From Eledone cirrhosa (lineage: Eukaryota): a stretch of 64,000 nucleotides of DNA. Position 1 is the first letter of the stretch; every line of letters starts with the position of its first letter. This document shows, piece by piece, positions 13,801 through 28,192 of this stretch. Both the position numbers and the translations under genes were made by a program. Where the stretch lies: contig OZ024741.1 of assembly GCA_964016885.1 (NCBI GenBank), positions 262,942,001 to 263,006,000 on the forward strand. Direction: 5' to 3'. Below the pieces are notes generated by a model. It had not been told where the DNA came from. It made no database searches and saw only the letters and a program-made list of their open reading frames with translations.

Positions 13801-14157
13801 CTTACGAGTGTTCTGACTTACGAGTGTTCTGATTTACGAGTGTTCCGACTTACGAGTGTTTCGGCTTACGAGTGTTTCGGCTTACGAGTGTTTCGACTTA
13901 CGAGTGTTTCGACTTACGAGTGTTCCGACTTACGGGTGTTTCGACTTACGAGTTGTTTGGCTTACGGTGTTTCGGCTTACGAGTGTTTCGAGTTACGAGT
14001 GTTTTGACTTACGCGTGTTTTGACATACGAGTGTTTCGATACGAGTGTTCTGACTTACGAGTGTTTTGACTTACGAGTGTTCTGACTTACGAGTGTTCCG
14101 ACTTTACGAGTGTTTCGGCTCACGAGTGTTTCGGCTTACGAGTGTTTCGACTTACGA

Positions 14158-14226
14158 AAATAACAAATAGACGCGGTTTCAAATTTCTATGATTTTCAAA
14201 TTCATTACATTAATCTTTATTTATAC
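14158..14226. repeat. 69-bp AT-rich element, copy 2, haplotype B
   Basis: Same sequence with CAAATTTCTATG in place of CAAATCTCTATG. Confidence 0.95.
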
Positions 14227-17200
14227 GTTTCGCTTTACGAGTGTTTCGACTTACGAGTGTTTCGACATACGAGTGTTTCGACTTCCGAATGTTTTTGCTT
14301 AAGGGTGTTTCGACTTACGAATGTTTCGGCTTACGAGTGTTTCGGCTTACGAGTCTTCCGACTTAGGAGTGTTTCGGCTTACGAGTGTTTCCGGCTTACG
14401 AGTGTTTCGACTTACGAGTGTTTCGACTTTCGAGTGTTTTGACTTACGGTGTTTCGGCTTACGAGTGATTAGACTTACGAGTGTTTTGACTTACGTGTGT
14501 TTTGACTTACGGGTGTTGTGAATTACCAGTGTTCCGATTTACGAGTGTTTTGACTTACGGTGTTTCGGCTTGCGAGTGTTTCGACTTACGAGTGTTTCGG
14601 CTTATGAGTGTTTCGACTTACTAATGTTTTTACTTACGAGTGTTTCGGCGTTCGAGTGTTTTGACTTACGAGTGTTTCGACTTACGAGTGTTTTGACTTA
14701 CGAATGTTTTGACTTACGGGTGTTTCGGCTTAGGGGTGTTTCGACTTACGAGTGTTTCGACTTATGAGTGTTTCGACTTACGAGTGTTTTGACTTACGGT
14801 GTTTCAGCTTACGAGTGTTTCGACTTACGAGTGTTTTGACTTACGGGTGTTTTGACATACGAGTGTTTCGATACGAGTGTTCTGACTTACGAGTGTTGTG
14901 ACTTACGAGTGTTTTGACTTACGAGTGTTCTGACTTACGAGTGTTCCGACTTACGAGTGTTCCGACTTACGAGTGTTTCAGCTTACGGGTGTTTCCTGCT
15001 TACGAGTGTTTCGACTTACGAGTGTTTTGACTTACGGTGTTTCGGCTTACGAGTGATTCGACTTACGAGTGTTTTGACTTACGGGTGTTTTGACTTACGG
15101 GTGTTGTGAATTACGAGTGTTCCGATTTACGAGTGTTTTGACTTACGGAGTTTCGGCTTACGAGTGATTCGACTTACGAATGTTTTGACTTACGGGTGTT
15201 TCGGCTTGCGAGTGTTTCGACTTACGAGTGTTTCGGCTTATGAGTGTTTCGACTTACTAATGTTTTTACTTACGAGTGTTCTGACTTACGAGTGTTCCGA
15301 CTTACGAGTGTTCCGACTTACGAGTGTTTCGGCTTACGAGTGTTTCCGGCTTACGAGTGTTTCGACTTACGAGTGTTTCGATTTACGAGTGTTTTGACTT
15401 ACGGTGTTTCGACTTACGAGTGATTCGACTTACGAGTGTTTTGACTTACGGGTGTTTTGACTTACGGGTGTTGTGAATTACGAGTGTTCCGATTTACGAG
15501 TGTTTTGACTTTCTGTGTTTCGGCTTACGAGTGATTCGACTTACGAATGTTTTGACTTACGGGTGTTTCGGCTTGCTAGTGTTTCGACTTACGAGTGTTT
15601 CGGCTTATGAGTGTTTCGACTTACTACTGTTTTTACTTACGAGTGTTTCGGCGTACGAGTGTTTTGACTTACGAGTGTTTCGACTTACGAGCGTTTCGAA
15701 TTACGAGTGTTTCGGCTTACGTGAGTTTCGACTTAAGAGTGTTCTGATTTACGAGTGTTCTGACTTGCGGGTGTTCTGATTTACGAGTGTTCCGACTTAC
15801 GAGTGTTTCGGCTTATGAGTGTTTCGACTTACGAGTGTTTCGGCTTACGAGTGTTTCGACTTATGGGTGTTTCGACATACGAGTGTTTTGACTTACGGGT
15901 GTTTCGACTTACGAGTGTTTTGACTTACGAATGTTTTGACTTACGGGTGTTTCGGCTTACGAGTGTTTCGACTTACGAGTGTTTCGGCTTACGAGTGTTT
16001 CGAGTACTAATGTTCTTACTTACGAGTGTTTCGGCGTACGAGAGTTTTGACTTACGAGTGTTTCGACTTACGAGTGTTTCGACTTACGAGTGTTTTGACT
16101 TACGAAAGTTTTGACTTACGGGTGTTTCGGCTTACGAGTGTTTCGACTTACGAGTCTTTCGGCTTACGAGTGTTTCGACTTACTAATGTTTTTACTTACG
16201 AGTGTTTCGGCGTACGAGTGTTTCGACTTACGAGTGTTTCGACTTACGGGTGTTTTGACTTACGGGTGTTTCGGCTTACGAGTGTTTTGACTTACGAGTG
16301 TTTTGACTTAAGGGTGTTTCGACTTACGAGTATTTTTGGCTTACGAGTGTTTCGACTTACGAGTGTTTTGACTTACGAGTGTTCTGATTTACGGATGTTT
16401 CGACATACGAGTGTTTCGACTTACGAGTGTTTCGACTTATGAGTGTTTCGACTTACGAGTGTTTCGGCTTATGAGTGTTTCGACTTACGAGTGCTTCGGC
16501 TTACGAGTGTTTCGACTTACGAGTATTTCGGCTTAAGAGTGTTTCGACGTACGAATGTTTTGGCTTACGAGTGTTTCGGCTTATGAGTGTTTCGGCTTAC
16601 GAGTGTTTCGACTTACGAGTGTTTCGGCTTACGAGTGTTTCAGTGTTTCGGCTTACGTGTGTTTCGACTTACGAGTGTTTCGACTTACGACTGTTTCGGC
16701 TTACGAGTGTTTCGGCTTACGAGTGTTTCGGCTTACGAGTGTTTTGACTTACGAGTGTTTTGACTTACGATTGTTTGGCTTACGAGTGTTCTGACTTACG
16801 GGTGTTCTGACTTAGGAGTGTTCCGACTTACGAGTGTTTCGGCTTATGAGGGTTTCGACTTACGAGTGCTTCGGCTTACGAGTGTTTCGACTTACGAGTG
16901 TTTCGGATTACGAGTGTTTCGACTTACGAGTGTTTCGACTTACGAGTGTTTTGACTTACGGTGTTTCGGCTTACGAGTGTTTCGACATACGAGTGTTTTG
17001 ACGTACGAGTGTTTCGACTTACGGGTCTTTCGACTTAAGAGTGTTCCGACTTACGAGCGCTTCGACTTACGAGTGTTTCGACTTACGAGTGTTTCGGCGT
17101 ATGAGTGTTTTGACTTACGAGTGTTTCGACTTACGAGTGTTTCGACTTACGAGTGTTTCGACTTACGAGTGTTTTGACTTACGAGTGTTTTGACTTACGG

Positions 17201-20200
17201 TGTTTCTGCTTACGAGTGTTTCGACTTACGAGTGTTATGACTTACGGGTGTTTTCACATACGAGTGTTTCGACTTACGAGTGTTTTGACTTACGGGTGTT
17301 TTGACATACGAGTGTTTCGATACGAGTGTTCTGACTTACGAGTGTTCTGACTTACGAGTGTTCTGACTTACGAGTGTTTCGACATACGAGGGTTTTGACT
17401 TACGGGTGTTTCGACTTACGAGTGTTTTCACTTACGAATGTTTTGACTTACGGGTGTTTCGGCTTACGAGTGTTTCGACTTACGAGTGTTTCGGCTTACG
17501 AGGGTTTCGACTTACTAATATTTTTACTTACGAGTGTTTCGGCGTACGAGAGTTTTGACTTACGAGTGTTTCGACTTACGAGTGTTTCGACTTACGAGTA
17601 TTTTGACTTACGAATGTTTTGACTTACGGGTGTTTCGGCTTACGAGTGTTTCGACTTACGAGTCTTTCGGCTTACGAGTGTTTCGACTTACTAATGTTTT
17701 TACTTACGTGTGTTTCGGCGTACGAGTGTTTCGACTTCCGAGTGTTTCGACTTACGGGTGTTTTGACTTACGGGTGTTTCGGCTTACGAGTGTTTTGACT
17801 TACGAGTGTTTTGACTTAAGGGTGTTTCGACTTACGAGTATTTTTGGCTTACGAGTGTTTCGACTTACGAGTGTTTTGACTTACGAGTGTTCTGATTTAC
17901 GGATGTTTCGACATACGAGTGTTTCGACTTATGAGTGTTTCGACTTACGAGTGTTTCGACTTACGAGTGTTTCGGCTTATGATTGTTTCGACTTACGGGT
18001 GTTTTGACTTACGGTGTTTCAGCTTACGAGTGTTTCGACTTACGAGTGTTTTGACTTACGGGTGTTTTGACATACGAGTGTTTCGATACGAGTGTTCTGA
18101 CTTACGAGTGTTCTGACTTACGAGTGTTTTGACTTACGAGTGTTCTGACTTACGAGTGTTCCGACTTACGAGTGTTCCGACTTACGAGTGTTTCGGCTTA
18201 CGGGTGTTTCCTGCTTACGAGTGTTTCGACTTACGAGTGTTTTGACTTACGGTGTTTCGGCTTACGAGTGATTCGACTTACGAGTGTTTTGACTTACGGG
18301 TGTTTTGACTTACGGGTGTTGTGAATTACGAGTGTTCCGATTTACGAGTGCTTTGACTTACGGTGTTTCGGCTTACGAGTGATTCGACTTACGAATGTTT
18401 TGACTTACGGGTGTTTCGGCTTGCGAGTGTTTCGACTTACGAGTGTTTCGGCTTATGAGTGTTTCGACTTACTAATGTTTTTACTTACGAGTGTTCTGAC
18501 TTACGAGTGTTCCGACTTACGAGTGTTCCGACTTACGAGTGTTTCGGCTTACGAGTGTTTCCGGCTTACGAGTGTTTCGACTTACGAGTGTTTCGACTTA
18601 CGAGTGTTTTGACTTACAGTGTTTCGACTTACGAGTGATTCGACTTACGAGTGTTTTGACTTACGAAAGTTTTGACTTACGGGTGTTGTGAATTACGAGT
18701 GTTCCGATTTACGAGTATTTTGACTTACGGTGTTTCGGCTTACGAGTGATTCGACTTACGAATGTTTTGACTTAAGGGTGTTTCGGCTTGCTAGTGTTTC
18801 GACTTACGAGTGTTTCGGCTTATGAGTGTTTCGACTTACTACTGTTTTTACTTACGAGTGTTTCGGCGTACGAGTGTTTTGACTTACGAGTGTTTCGACT
18901 TACGAGTGTTTCGAATTACGAGTGTTTCGGCTTACGTGAGTTTCGACTTAAGAGTGTTCTGATTTACGAGTGTTCTGACTTGCGGGTGTTCTGATTTACG
19001 AGTGTTCCGACTTACGAGTGTTTCGGCTTATGAGTGTTTCGACTTACGAGTGTTTCGGCTTACGAGTGTTTCGACTTATGGGTGTTTCGACATACGAGTG
19101 TTTTGACTTACGGGTGTTTCGACTTACGAGTGTTTTGACTTACGAATGTTTTGACTTACGGGTGTTTCGGCTTACGAGTGTTTCGACTTACGAGTGTTTC
19201 GGCTTACGAGTGTTTCGACTTACTAATGTTCTTACTTACGAGTGTTTCGGCGTACGAGAGTTTTGACTTACGAGTGTTTCGACTTACGAGTGTTTTGACT
19301 TACGAGTGTTTTGACTTACGAAAGTTTTGACTTACGGGTGTTTCGGCTTACGAGTGTTTCGACTTACGAGTCTTTCGGCTTACGAGTGTTTCGGCGTACG
19401 AGTGTTTCGACTTACGAGTGTTTCGACTTACGGGTGTTTTGACTTACGGGTGTTTCGGCTTACGAGTGTTTCGGCTTATGATTGTTTCGACTTACGAGTG
19501 TTCTGATTTACGAGTGTTCTGACTTGCGAGTGTTTTGACTTACGGGTGTTTTGACATACGAGTGTTTCGATACGTGTGTTCTGACTTACGAGTGTTCTGA
19601 CTTACGAGTGTTTTGACTTACGAGTGTTCTGACTTACGAGTGTTCCGACTTACGAGTGTTCCGACTTACGAGTGTTTCGGCTTACGAGTGTTTCCGGCTT
19701 ACGAGTGTTTCGACTTACGAGTGTTTTGACTTACGGTGTTTCGGCTTACGAGTGTTTCGACTTACTAATGTTTTTACTTACGAGTGTTTCGGCGTACGAG
19801 AGTTTTGACTTACGAGTGTTTCGACTTACGAGTGTTTTGACTTACGAATGTTTTGACTTACGGGTGTTTCGGCTCATGAGTGTTTCGACTTACGAGTCTT
19901 TCGGCTTACGAGTGTTTCGACTTACTAATGTTTTTACTTACGAGTGTTTCGGCGTACGACTGTTTCGACTTACGAGTGTTTCGACTTACGGGTGTTTTGA
20001 CTTACGGGTGTTTCGGCTTACGAGTGTTTCGACTTACGAGTGTTTTGACTTACGAGTGTTCTGATTTATGGATGTTTCGACATACGAGTGTTTCGACTTA
20101 CGAGTGTTTCGACTTATGAGTGTTTCGACTTACGAGTGTTCTGACTTACGAGTGTTCCGACTTACGAGTGTTCCGACTTACGAGTGTTTCGGCTTACGAG

Positions 20201-20757
20201 TGTTTCCGGCTTACGAGTGTTTCGACTTACGAGTGTTTTGACTTACGGTGTTTCGGCTTACGAGTGATTCGACTTACGAGTGTTTTGACTTACGGGTGTT
20301 TTGACTTACGGGTGTTGTGAATTACGAGTGTTTCGGCTTATGAGTGTTTCGACTTACTAATGTTTTTACTTACGAGTGTTCTGACTTACGAGTGTTCTGA
20401 CTTACGAGTGTTCTGACTTACGAGTGTTCTGATTTACGAGTGTTCCGACTTACGAGTGTTTCGGCTTACGAGTGTTTCGGCTTACGAGTGTTTCGACTTA
20501 CGAGTGTTTCGACTTACGAGTGTTCCGACTTACGGGTGTTTCGACTTACGAGTTGTTTGGCTTACGGTGTTTCGGCTTACGAGTGTTTCGAGTTACGAGT
20601 GTTTTGACTTACGCGTGTTTTGACATACGAGTGTTTCGATACGAGTGTTCTGACTTACGAGTGTTCTGACTTACGAGTGTTCTGACTTACGAGTGTTCCG
20701 ACTTTACGAGTGTTTCGGCTCACGAGTGTTTCAGCTTACGAGTGTTTCGACTTACGA

Positions 20758-20826
20758 AAATAACAAATAGACGCGGTTTCAAATCTCTATGATTTTCAAA
20801 TTCATTACATTAATCTTTATTTATAC
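20758..20826. repeat. 69-bp AT-rich element, copy 3, haplotype A
   Basis: Identical to copy 1. Confidence 0.95.
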
Positions 20827-23800
20827 GTTTCGCTTTACGGGTGTTTCGACTTACGAGTGTTTCGACATACGAGTGTTTCGACTTCCGAATGTTTTTGCTT
20901 ACGGGTGTTTCGACTTACGAATGTTTCGGCTTACGAGTGTTTCGGCTTACGAGTCTTCCGACTTAGGAGTGTTTCGGCTTACGAGTGTTTCCGGCTTACG
21001 AGTGTTTCGACTTACGAGTGTTTCGACTTTCGAGTGTTTTGACTTACGGTGTTTCGGCTTACGAGTGATTCGACTTACGAGTGTTTTGACTTACGTGTGT
21101 TTTGACTTACGGGTGTTGTGAATTACCAGTGTTCCGATTTACGAGTGTTTTGACTTACGGTGTTTCGGCTTGCGAGTGTTTCGACTTACGAGTGTTTCGG
21201 CTTATGAGTGTTTCGACTTACTAATGTTTTTACTTACGAGTGTTTCGGCGTTCGAGTGTTTTGACTTACGAGTGTTTCGACTTACGAGTGTTTTGACTTA
21301 CGAATGTTTTGACCTACGGGTGTTTCGGCTTACGGGTGTTTCGACTTACGAGTGTTTCGACTTATGAGTGTTTCGACTTACGAGTGTTCTGACTTACGAG
21401 TGTTCTGACTTACGAGTGTTCCGACTTACGAGTGTTTCGGTTTACGAGTGTTTCGACATACGAGTGTTTTGACTTACGGGTGTTTCGACTTACGGGTGTT
21501 TCGACTTACGAGTGTTTTGGCTTACGAGTGTTTCGACTTACTAATGTTTTTACTTACGAGTGTTTCGGTGTACGAATGTTTTGACTTAAGGATGTTTCGA
21601 CTTACGAGTGTTTCGACTTACGAGTGTTTCGGCTTACGTGAGTTTCGACTTAAGAGTGTTCTGATTTACGAGTGTTCTGACTTGCGGGTGTTCTGATTTA
21701 CGAGTGTTCCGACTTACGAGTGTTTCGGCTTATGAGTGTTTCGACTTACGAGTGTTTCGGCTTACGAGTGTTTCGACTTATGGGTGTTTCGACTTATGAG
21801 TGTTTTTACTTACGGTGTTTCGGCTTACGAGTGTTTCGACATACGAGTGTTTTGACTTACGGGTGTTTTGACTTACGAGTGTTTCGACTTACGAGTGTTT
21901 TGACTTACGAATGTTTTGACTTACGGGTGTTTCGGCTTATGAGTGTTTCGACTTACGAGTCTTTCGGCTTACGAGTGTTTCGACTTACTAATGTTTTTAC
22001 TTACGAGTGTTTCGGCGTACGACTGTTTCGACTTACGGGTGTTTTGACTTACGGGTGTCTCGGCTTACGAGTGTTTCGACTTACGAGTGTTTCGACTTAC
22101 GACTATTTTTGGCTTACGAGTGTTTCGACTTACGAGTGTTTTGACTTACGAGTGTTCCGACTTACGAGTGTTTCGGCTTACGGGTGTTTCCTGCTTACGA
22201 GTGTTTCGACTTACGAGTGTTTTGACTTACGGTGTTTCGGCTTACGAGTGATTCGACTTACGAGTGTTTTGACTTACGGGTGTTTTGACTTACGGGTGTT
22301 GTGAATTACGAGTGTTCCGATTTACGAGTGCTTTGACTTACGGTGTTTCGGCTTACGAGTGATTCGACTTACGAATGTTTTGACTTACGGGTGTTTCGGC
22401 TTGCGAGTGTTTCGACTTACGAGTGTTTCGGCTTATGAGTGTTTCGACTTACTAATGTTTTTACTTACGAGTGTTCTGACTTACGAGTGTTCCGACTTAC
22501 GAGTGTTCCGACTTACGAGTGTTTCGGCTTACGAGTGTTTCCGGCTTACGAGTGTTTCGACTTACGAGTGTTTCGACTTACGAGTGTTTTGACTTACAGT
22601 GTTTCGACTTACGAGTGATTCGACTTACGAGTGTTTTGACTTACGAAAGTTTTGACTTACGGGTGTTGTGAATTACGAGTGTTCCGATTTACGAGTATTT
22701 TGACTTACGGTGTTTCGGCTTACGAGTGATTCGACTTACGAATGTTTTGACTTAAGGGTGTTTCGGCTTGCTAGTGTTTCGACTTACGAGTGTTTCGGCT
22801 TATGAGTGTTTCGACTTACTACTGTTTTTACTTACGAGTGTTTCGGCGTACGAGTGTTTTGACTTACGAGTGTTTCGACTTACGAGTGTTTCGAATTACG
22901 AGTGTTTCGGCTTACGTGAGTTTCGACTTAAGAGTGTTCTGATTTACGAGTGTTCTGACTTGCGGGTGTTCTGATTTACGAGTGTTCCGACTTACGAGTG
23001 TTTCGGCTTATGAGTGTTTCGACTTACGAGTGTTTCGGCTTACGAGTGTTTCGACTTATGGGTGTTTCGACATACGAGTGTTTTGACTTACGGGTGTTTC
23101 GACTTACGAGTGTTTTGACTTACGAATGTTTTGACTTACGGGTGTTTCGGCTTACGAGTGTTTCGACTTACGAGTGTTTCGGCTTACGAGTGTTTCGACT
23201 TACTAATGTTCTTACTTACGAGTGTTTCGGCGTACGAGAGTTTTGACTTACGAGTGTTTCGACTTACGAGTGTTTTGACTTACGAGTGTTTTGACTTACG
23301 AAAGTTTTGACTTACGGGTGTTTCGGCTTACGAGTGTTTCGACTTACGAGTCTTTCGGCTTACGAGTGTTTCGGCGTACGAGTGTTTCGACTTACGAGTG
23401 TTTCGACTTACGGGTGTTTTGACTTACGGGTGTTTCGGCTTACGAGTGTTTCGGCTTATGATTGTTTCGACTTACGAGTGTTCTGATTTACGAGTGTTCT
23501 GACTTGCGAGTGTTTTGACTTACGGGTGTTTTGACATACGAGTGTTTCGATACGTGTGTTCTGACTTACGAGTGTTCTGACTTACGAGTGTTTTGACTTA
23601 CGAGTGTTCTGACTTACGAGTGTTCCGACTTACGAGTGTTCCGACTTACGAGTGTTTCGGCTTACGAGTGTTTCCGGCTTACGAGTGTTTCGACTTACGA
23701 GTGTTTTGACTTACGGTGTTTCGGCTTACGAGTGTTTCGACTTACTAATGTTTTTACTTACGAGTGTTTCGGCGTACGAGAGTTTTGACTTACGAGTGTT

Positions 23801-24737
23801 TCGACTTACGAGTGTTTTGACTTACGAATGTTTTGACTTACGGGTGTTTCGGCTCATGAGTGTTTCGACTTACGAGTCTTTCGGCTTACGAGTGTTTCGA
23901 CTTACTAATGTTTTTACTTACGAGTGTTTCGGCGTACGACTGTTTCGACTTACGAGTGTTTCGACTTACGGGTGTTTTGACTTACGGGTGTTTCGGCTTA
24001 CGAGTGTTTCGACTTACGAGTGTTTTGACTTACGAGTGTTCTGATTTATGGATGTTTCGACATACGAGTGTTTCGACTTACGAGTGTTTCGACTTATGAG
24101 TGTTTCGACTTACGAGTGTTCTGACTTACGAGTGTTCCGACTTACGAGTGTTCCGACTTACGAGTGTTTCGGCTTACGAGTGTTTCCGGCTTACGAGTGT
24201 TTCGACTTACGAGTGTTTTGACTTACGGTGTTTCGGCTTACGAGTGATTCGACTTACGAGTGTTTTGACTTACGGGTGTTTTGACTTACGGGTGTTGTGA
24301 ATTACGAGTGTTTCGGCTTATGAGTGTTTCGACTTACTAATGTTTTTACTTACGAGTGTTCTGACTTACGAGTGTTCTGACTTACGAGTGTTCTGACTTA
24401 CGAGTGTTCTGATTTACGAGTGTTCCGACTTACGAGTGTTTCGGCTTACGAGTGTTTCGGCTTACGAGTGTTTCGACTTACGAGTGTTTCGACTTACGAG
24501 TGTTCCGACTTACGGGTGTTTCGACTTACGAGTTGTTTGGCTTACGGTGTTTCGGCTTACGAGTGTTTCGAGTTACGAGTGTTTTGACTTACGCGTGTTT
24601 TGACATACGAGTGTTTCGATACGAGTGTTCTGACTTACGAGTGTTCTGACTTACGAGTGTTCTGACTTACGAGTGTTCCGACTTTACGAGTGTTTCGGCT
24701 CACGAGTGTTTCAGCTTACGAGTGTTTCGACTTACGA

Positions 24738-24806
24738 AAATAACAAATAGACGCGGTTTCAAATCTCTATGATTTTCAAATTCATTACATTAATCTTTAT
24801 TTATAC
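24738..24806. repeat. 69-bp AT-rich element, copy 4, haplotype A
   Basis: Identical to copy 1. Confidence 0.95.
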
Positions 24807-27800
24807 GTTTCGCTTTACGGGTGTTTCGACTTACGAGTGTTTCGACATACGAGTGTTTCGACTTCCGAATGTTTTTGCTTACGGGTGTTTCGACTTACGA
24901 ATGTTTCGGCTTACGAGTGTTTCGGCTTACGAGTCTTCCGACTTAGGAGTGTTTCGGCTTACGAGTGTTTCCGGCTTACGAGTGTTTCGACTTACGAGTG
25001 TTTCGACTTTCGAGTGTTTTGACTTACGGTGTTTCGGCTTACGAGTGATTCGACTTACGAGTGTTTTGACTTACGTGTGTTTTGACTTACGGGTGTTGTG
25101 AATTACCAGTGTTCCGATTTACGAGTGTTTTGACTTACGGTGTTTCGGCTTGCGAGTGTTTCGACTTACGAGTGTTTCGGCTTATGAGTGTTTCGACTTA
25201 CTAATGTTTTTACTTACGAGTGTTTCGGCGTTCGAGTGTTTTGACTTACGAGTGTTTCGACTTACGAGTGTTTTGACTTACGAATGTTTTGACCTACGGG
25301 TGTTTCGGCTTACGGGTGTTTCGACTTACGAGTGTTTCGACTTATGAGTGTTTCGACTTACGAGTGTTCTGACTTACGAGTGTTCTGACTTACGAGTGTT
25401 CCGACTTACGAGTGTTTCGGTTTACGAGTGTTTCGACATACGAGTGTTTTGACTTACGGGTGTTTCGACTTACGGGTGTTTCGACTTACGAGTGTTTTGG
25501 CTTACGAGTGTTTCGACTTACTAATGTTTTTACTTACGAGTGTTTCGGTGTACGAATGTTTTGACTTAAGGATGTTTCGACTTACGAGTGTTTCGACTTA
25601 CGAGTGTTTCGGCTTACGTGAGTTTCGACTTAAGAGTGTTCTGATTTACGAGTGTTCTGACTTGCGGGTGTTCTGATTTACGAGTGTTCCGACTTACGAG
25701 TGTTTCGGCTTATGAGTGTTTCGACTTACGAGTGTTTCGGCTTACGAGTGTTTCGACTTATGGGTGTTTCGACTTATGAGTGTTTTTACTTACGGTGTTT
25801 CGGCTTACGAGTGTTTCGACATACGAGTGTTTTGACTTACGGGTGTTTTGACTTACGAGTGTTTCGACTTACGAGTGTTTTGACTTACGAATGTTTTGAC
25901 TTACGGGTGTTTCGGCTTATGAGTGTTTCGACTTACGAGTCTTTCGGCTTACGAGTGTTTCGACTTACTAATGTTTTTACTTACGAGTGTTTCGGCGTAC
26001 GACTGTTTCGACTTACGGGTGTTTTGACTTACGGGTGTCTCGGCTTACGAGTGTTTCGACTTACGAGTGTTTCGACTTACGACTATTTTTGGCTTACGAG
26101 TGTTTCGACTTACGAGTGTTTTGACTTACGAGTGTTCTGATTTACGGATGTTTCGAAATACGAGTGTTTCGACTTACGAGTGTTTCGACTTATGAGTGTT
26201 TCGACTTACGAGTGTTTCGGCTTACGAGTGTTTCGACTTACGAGTGTTTTGACTCACGGTGTTTCGGCTTACGAGTGATTCGACTTACGAGTGTTTTGAC
26301 TTACGGGTGATTTGACTTACGGGTGTTGTGAATTACGAGTGTTCCGATTTACGAGTGTTTTGACTTACGATGTTTCGGCTTACGAGTGATTCGACTTACG
26401 AGTGTTTCGGCTTATGGGTGTTTCGACTTACTAATGTTTTTACTTACGAGTGTTTCGGCGTACGAGTGTTTTGACTTACGAGTGTTTCGACTTACGATTG
26501 TTTCGACTTACGAGTGTTTCGGCTTACGTGAGTTTCGAATTAAGAGTGTTCTGATTTACGAGTGTTCTGACTTGCGGGTGTTCTGATTTACGAGTGTTCC
26601 GACTTACGAGTGTTTCGGCTTATTAGTGTTTCGACTTACGAGTGTTTCGGCTTACGAGTGTTTCGACTTATGGGTGTTTCGACTTACGAGTGTTTTTACT
26701 TACGGTGTTTCGGCTTACGAGTGTTTCGACATACGAGTGTTTTGACTTGCGGGTGTTTCGACTTACGAGTGTTTTGACTTACGAATGTTTTGACTTACGG
26801 GTGTTTCGGCTTACGAGTGTTTCGACTTACGAGTGTTTCGGCTTACGAGTGTTTCGACTTACTAATGTTCTTACTTACGAGTGTTTCGACTTACGGGTGT
26901 TTTGACTTACGGGTGTTTTGACTTACGGGTGTTTCGGTTTACGAGTGTTTCGACTTACGAGTCTTTCGACTTCCGAGTGTTTCGACTTACGGGTGTTTTG
27001 ACTTACGGCTGTTTCGGCTTACGAGTGTTTTAACTTACGAGTGTTTTGACTTAAGGGTGTTTCGACTTACGAGTATTTTTGGCTTACGAGTGTTTCGACT
27101 TACGAGTGTTTTGACTTACGAGTGTTCTGATTTACGGATGTTTCGACATACGAGTGTTTCGACTTACGAGTGTTTCGACTTATGAGTGTTTCGACTTACG
27201 AGTGTTTCGACTTACGAGTGTTTCGGCTTATGATTGTTTCGACTTACGAGTGTTTTGACTTACGGTGTTTCAGCTTACGAGTGTTTCGACATACGAGTGT
27301 TTTGACTTACGGGTGTTTTGACATACGAGTGTTTCGATACGAGTGTTCTGACTTACGAGTGTTCTGACTTACGAGTGTTTTGACTTACGAGTGTTCTGAC
27401 TTACGAGTGTTCCGACTTACGAGTTTTCCGACTTACGAGTGTTTCGGCTTACGAGTGTTTCCGGCTTACGAGTGTTTCTACTTACGAGTGTTTTGACTTA
27501 CGGTGTTTCGGCTTACGAGTGATTCGACTTACGAGTGTTTTGACTTACGGGTGTTTTGACTTACGGGTGTTGTGAATTACGAGTGTTCCGATTTACGAGT
27601 GTTTTGACTTACGGTGTTTCGGCTTACGAGTGATTCGACTTACGAATGTCTTGACTTACGGGTGTTTCGGCTTGCGAGTGTTTCGACTTACGAGTGTTTC
27701 GGCTTATGAGTGTTTCGACTTACGAATGTTTTTACTTACGAGTGTTCTGACTTACGAGTGTTCTGACTTACGAGTGTTCTGACTTACGAGTGTTCTGATT

Positions 27801-28123
27801 TACGAGTGTTCCGACTTACGAGTGTTTCGGCTTACGAGTGTTTCGGCTTACGAGTGTTTCGACTTACGAGTGTTTCGACTTACGAGTGTTCCGACTTACG
27901 GGTGTTTCGACTTACGAGTTGTTTGGCTTACGGTGTTTCGGCTTACGAGTGTTTCGAGTTACGAGTGTTTTGACTTACGCGTGTTTTGACATACGAGTGT
28001 TTCGATACGAGTGTTCTGACTTACGAGTGTTTTGACTTACGAGTGTTCTGACTTACGAGTGTTCCGACTTTACGAGTGTTTCGGCTCACGAGTGTTTCGG
28101 CTTACGAGTGTTTCGACTTACGA

Positions 28124-28192
28124 AAATAACAAATAGACGCGGTTTCAAATTTCTATGATTTTCAAATTCATTACATTAATCTTTATTTATAC
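28124..28192. repeat. 69-bp AT-rich element, copy 5, haplotype B
   Basis: Identical to copy 2. Confidence 0.95.

Larger units (their letters stand above)
4767..22150 (+). repeat. ~10.0-kb higher-order duplication (offset 10,002 bp, then 9,986 bp after a one-monomer deletion near 17150)
   Basis: Identical ORF-track entries at 5162/15164, 6024/16026 and 6473/16475 (+10002), and at 7388/17374, 8393/18379 and 10803/20789 (+9986). Confidence 0.9.
18170..26129 (+). repeat. 3,980-bp tandem duplication, each copy carrying a haplotype-A AT element
   Basis: Offsets 18379/22359, 19672/23652, 20758/24738 and 21448/25428 are all +3980; junction near 22150. Confidence 0.9.
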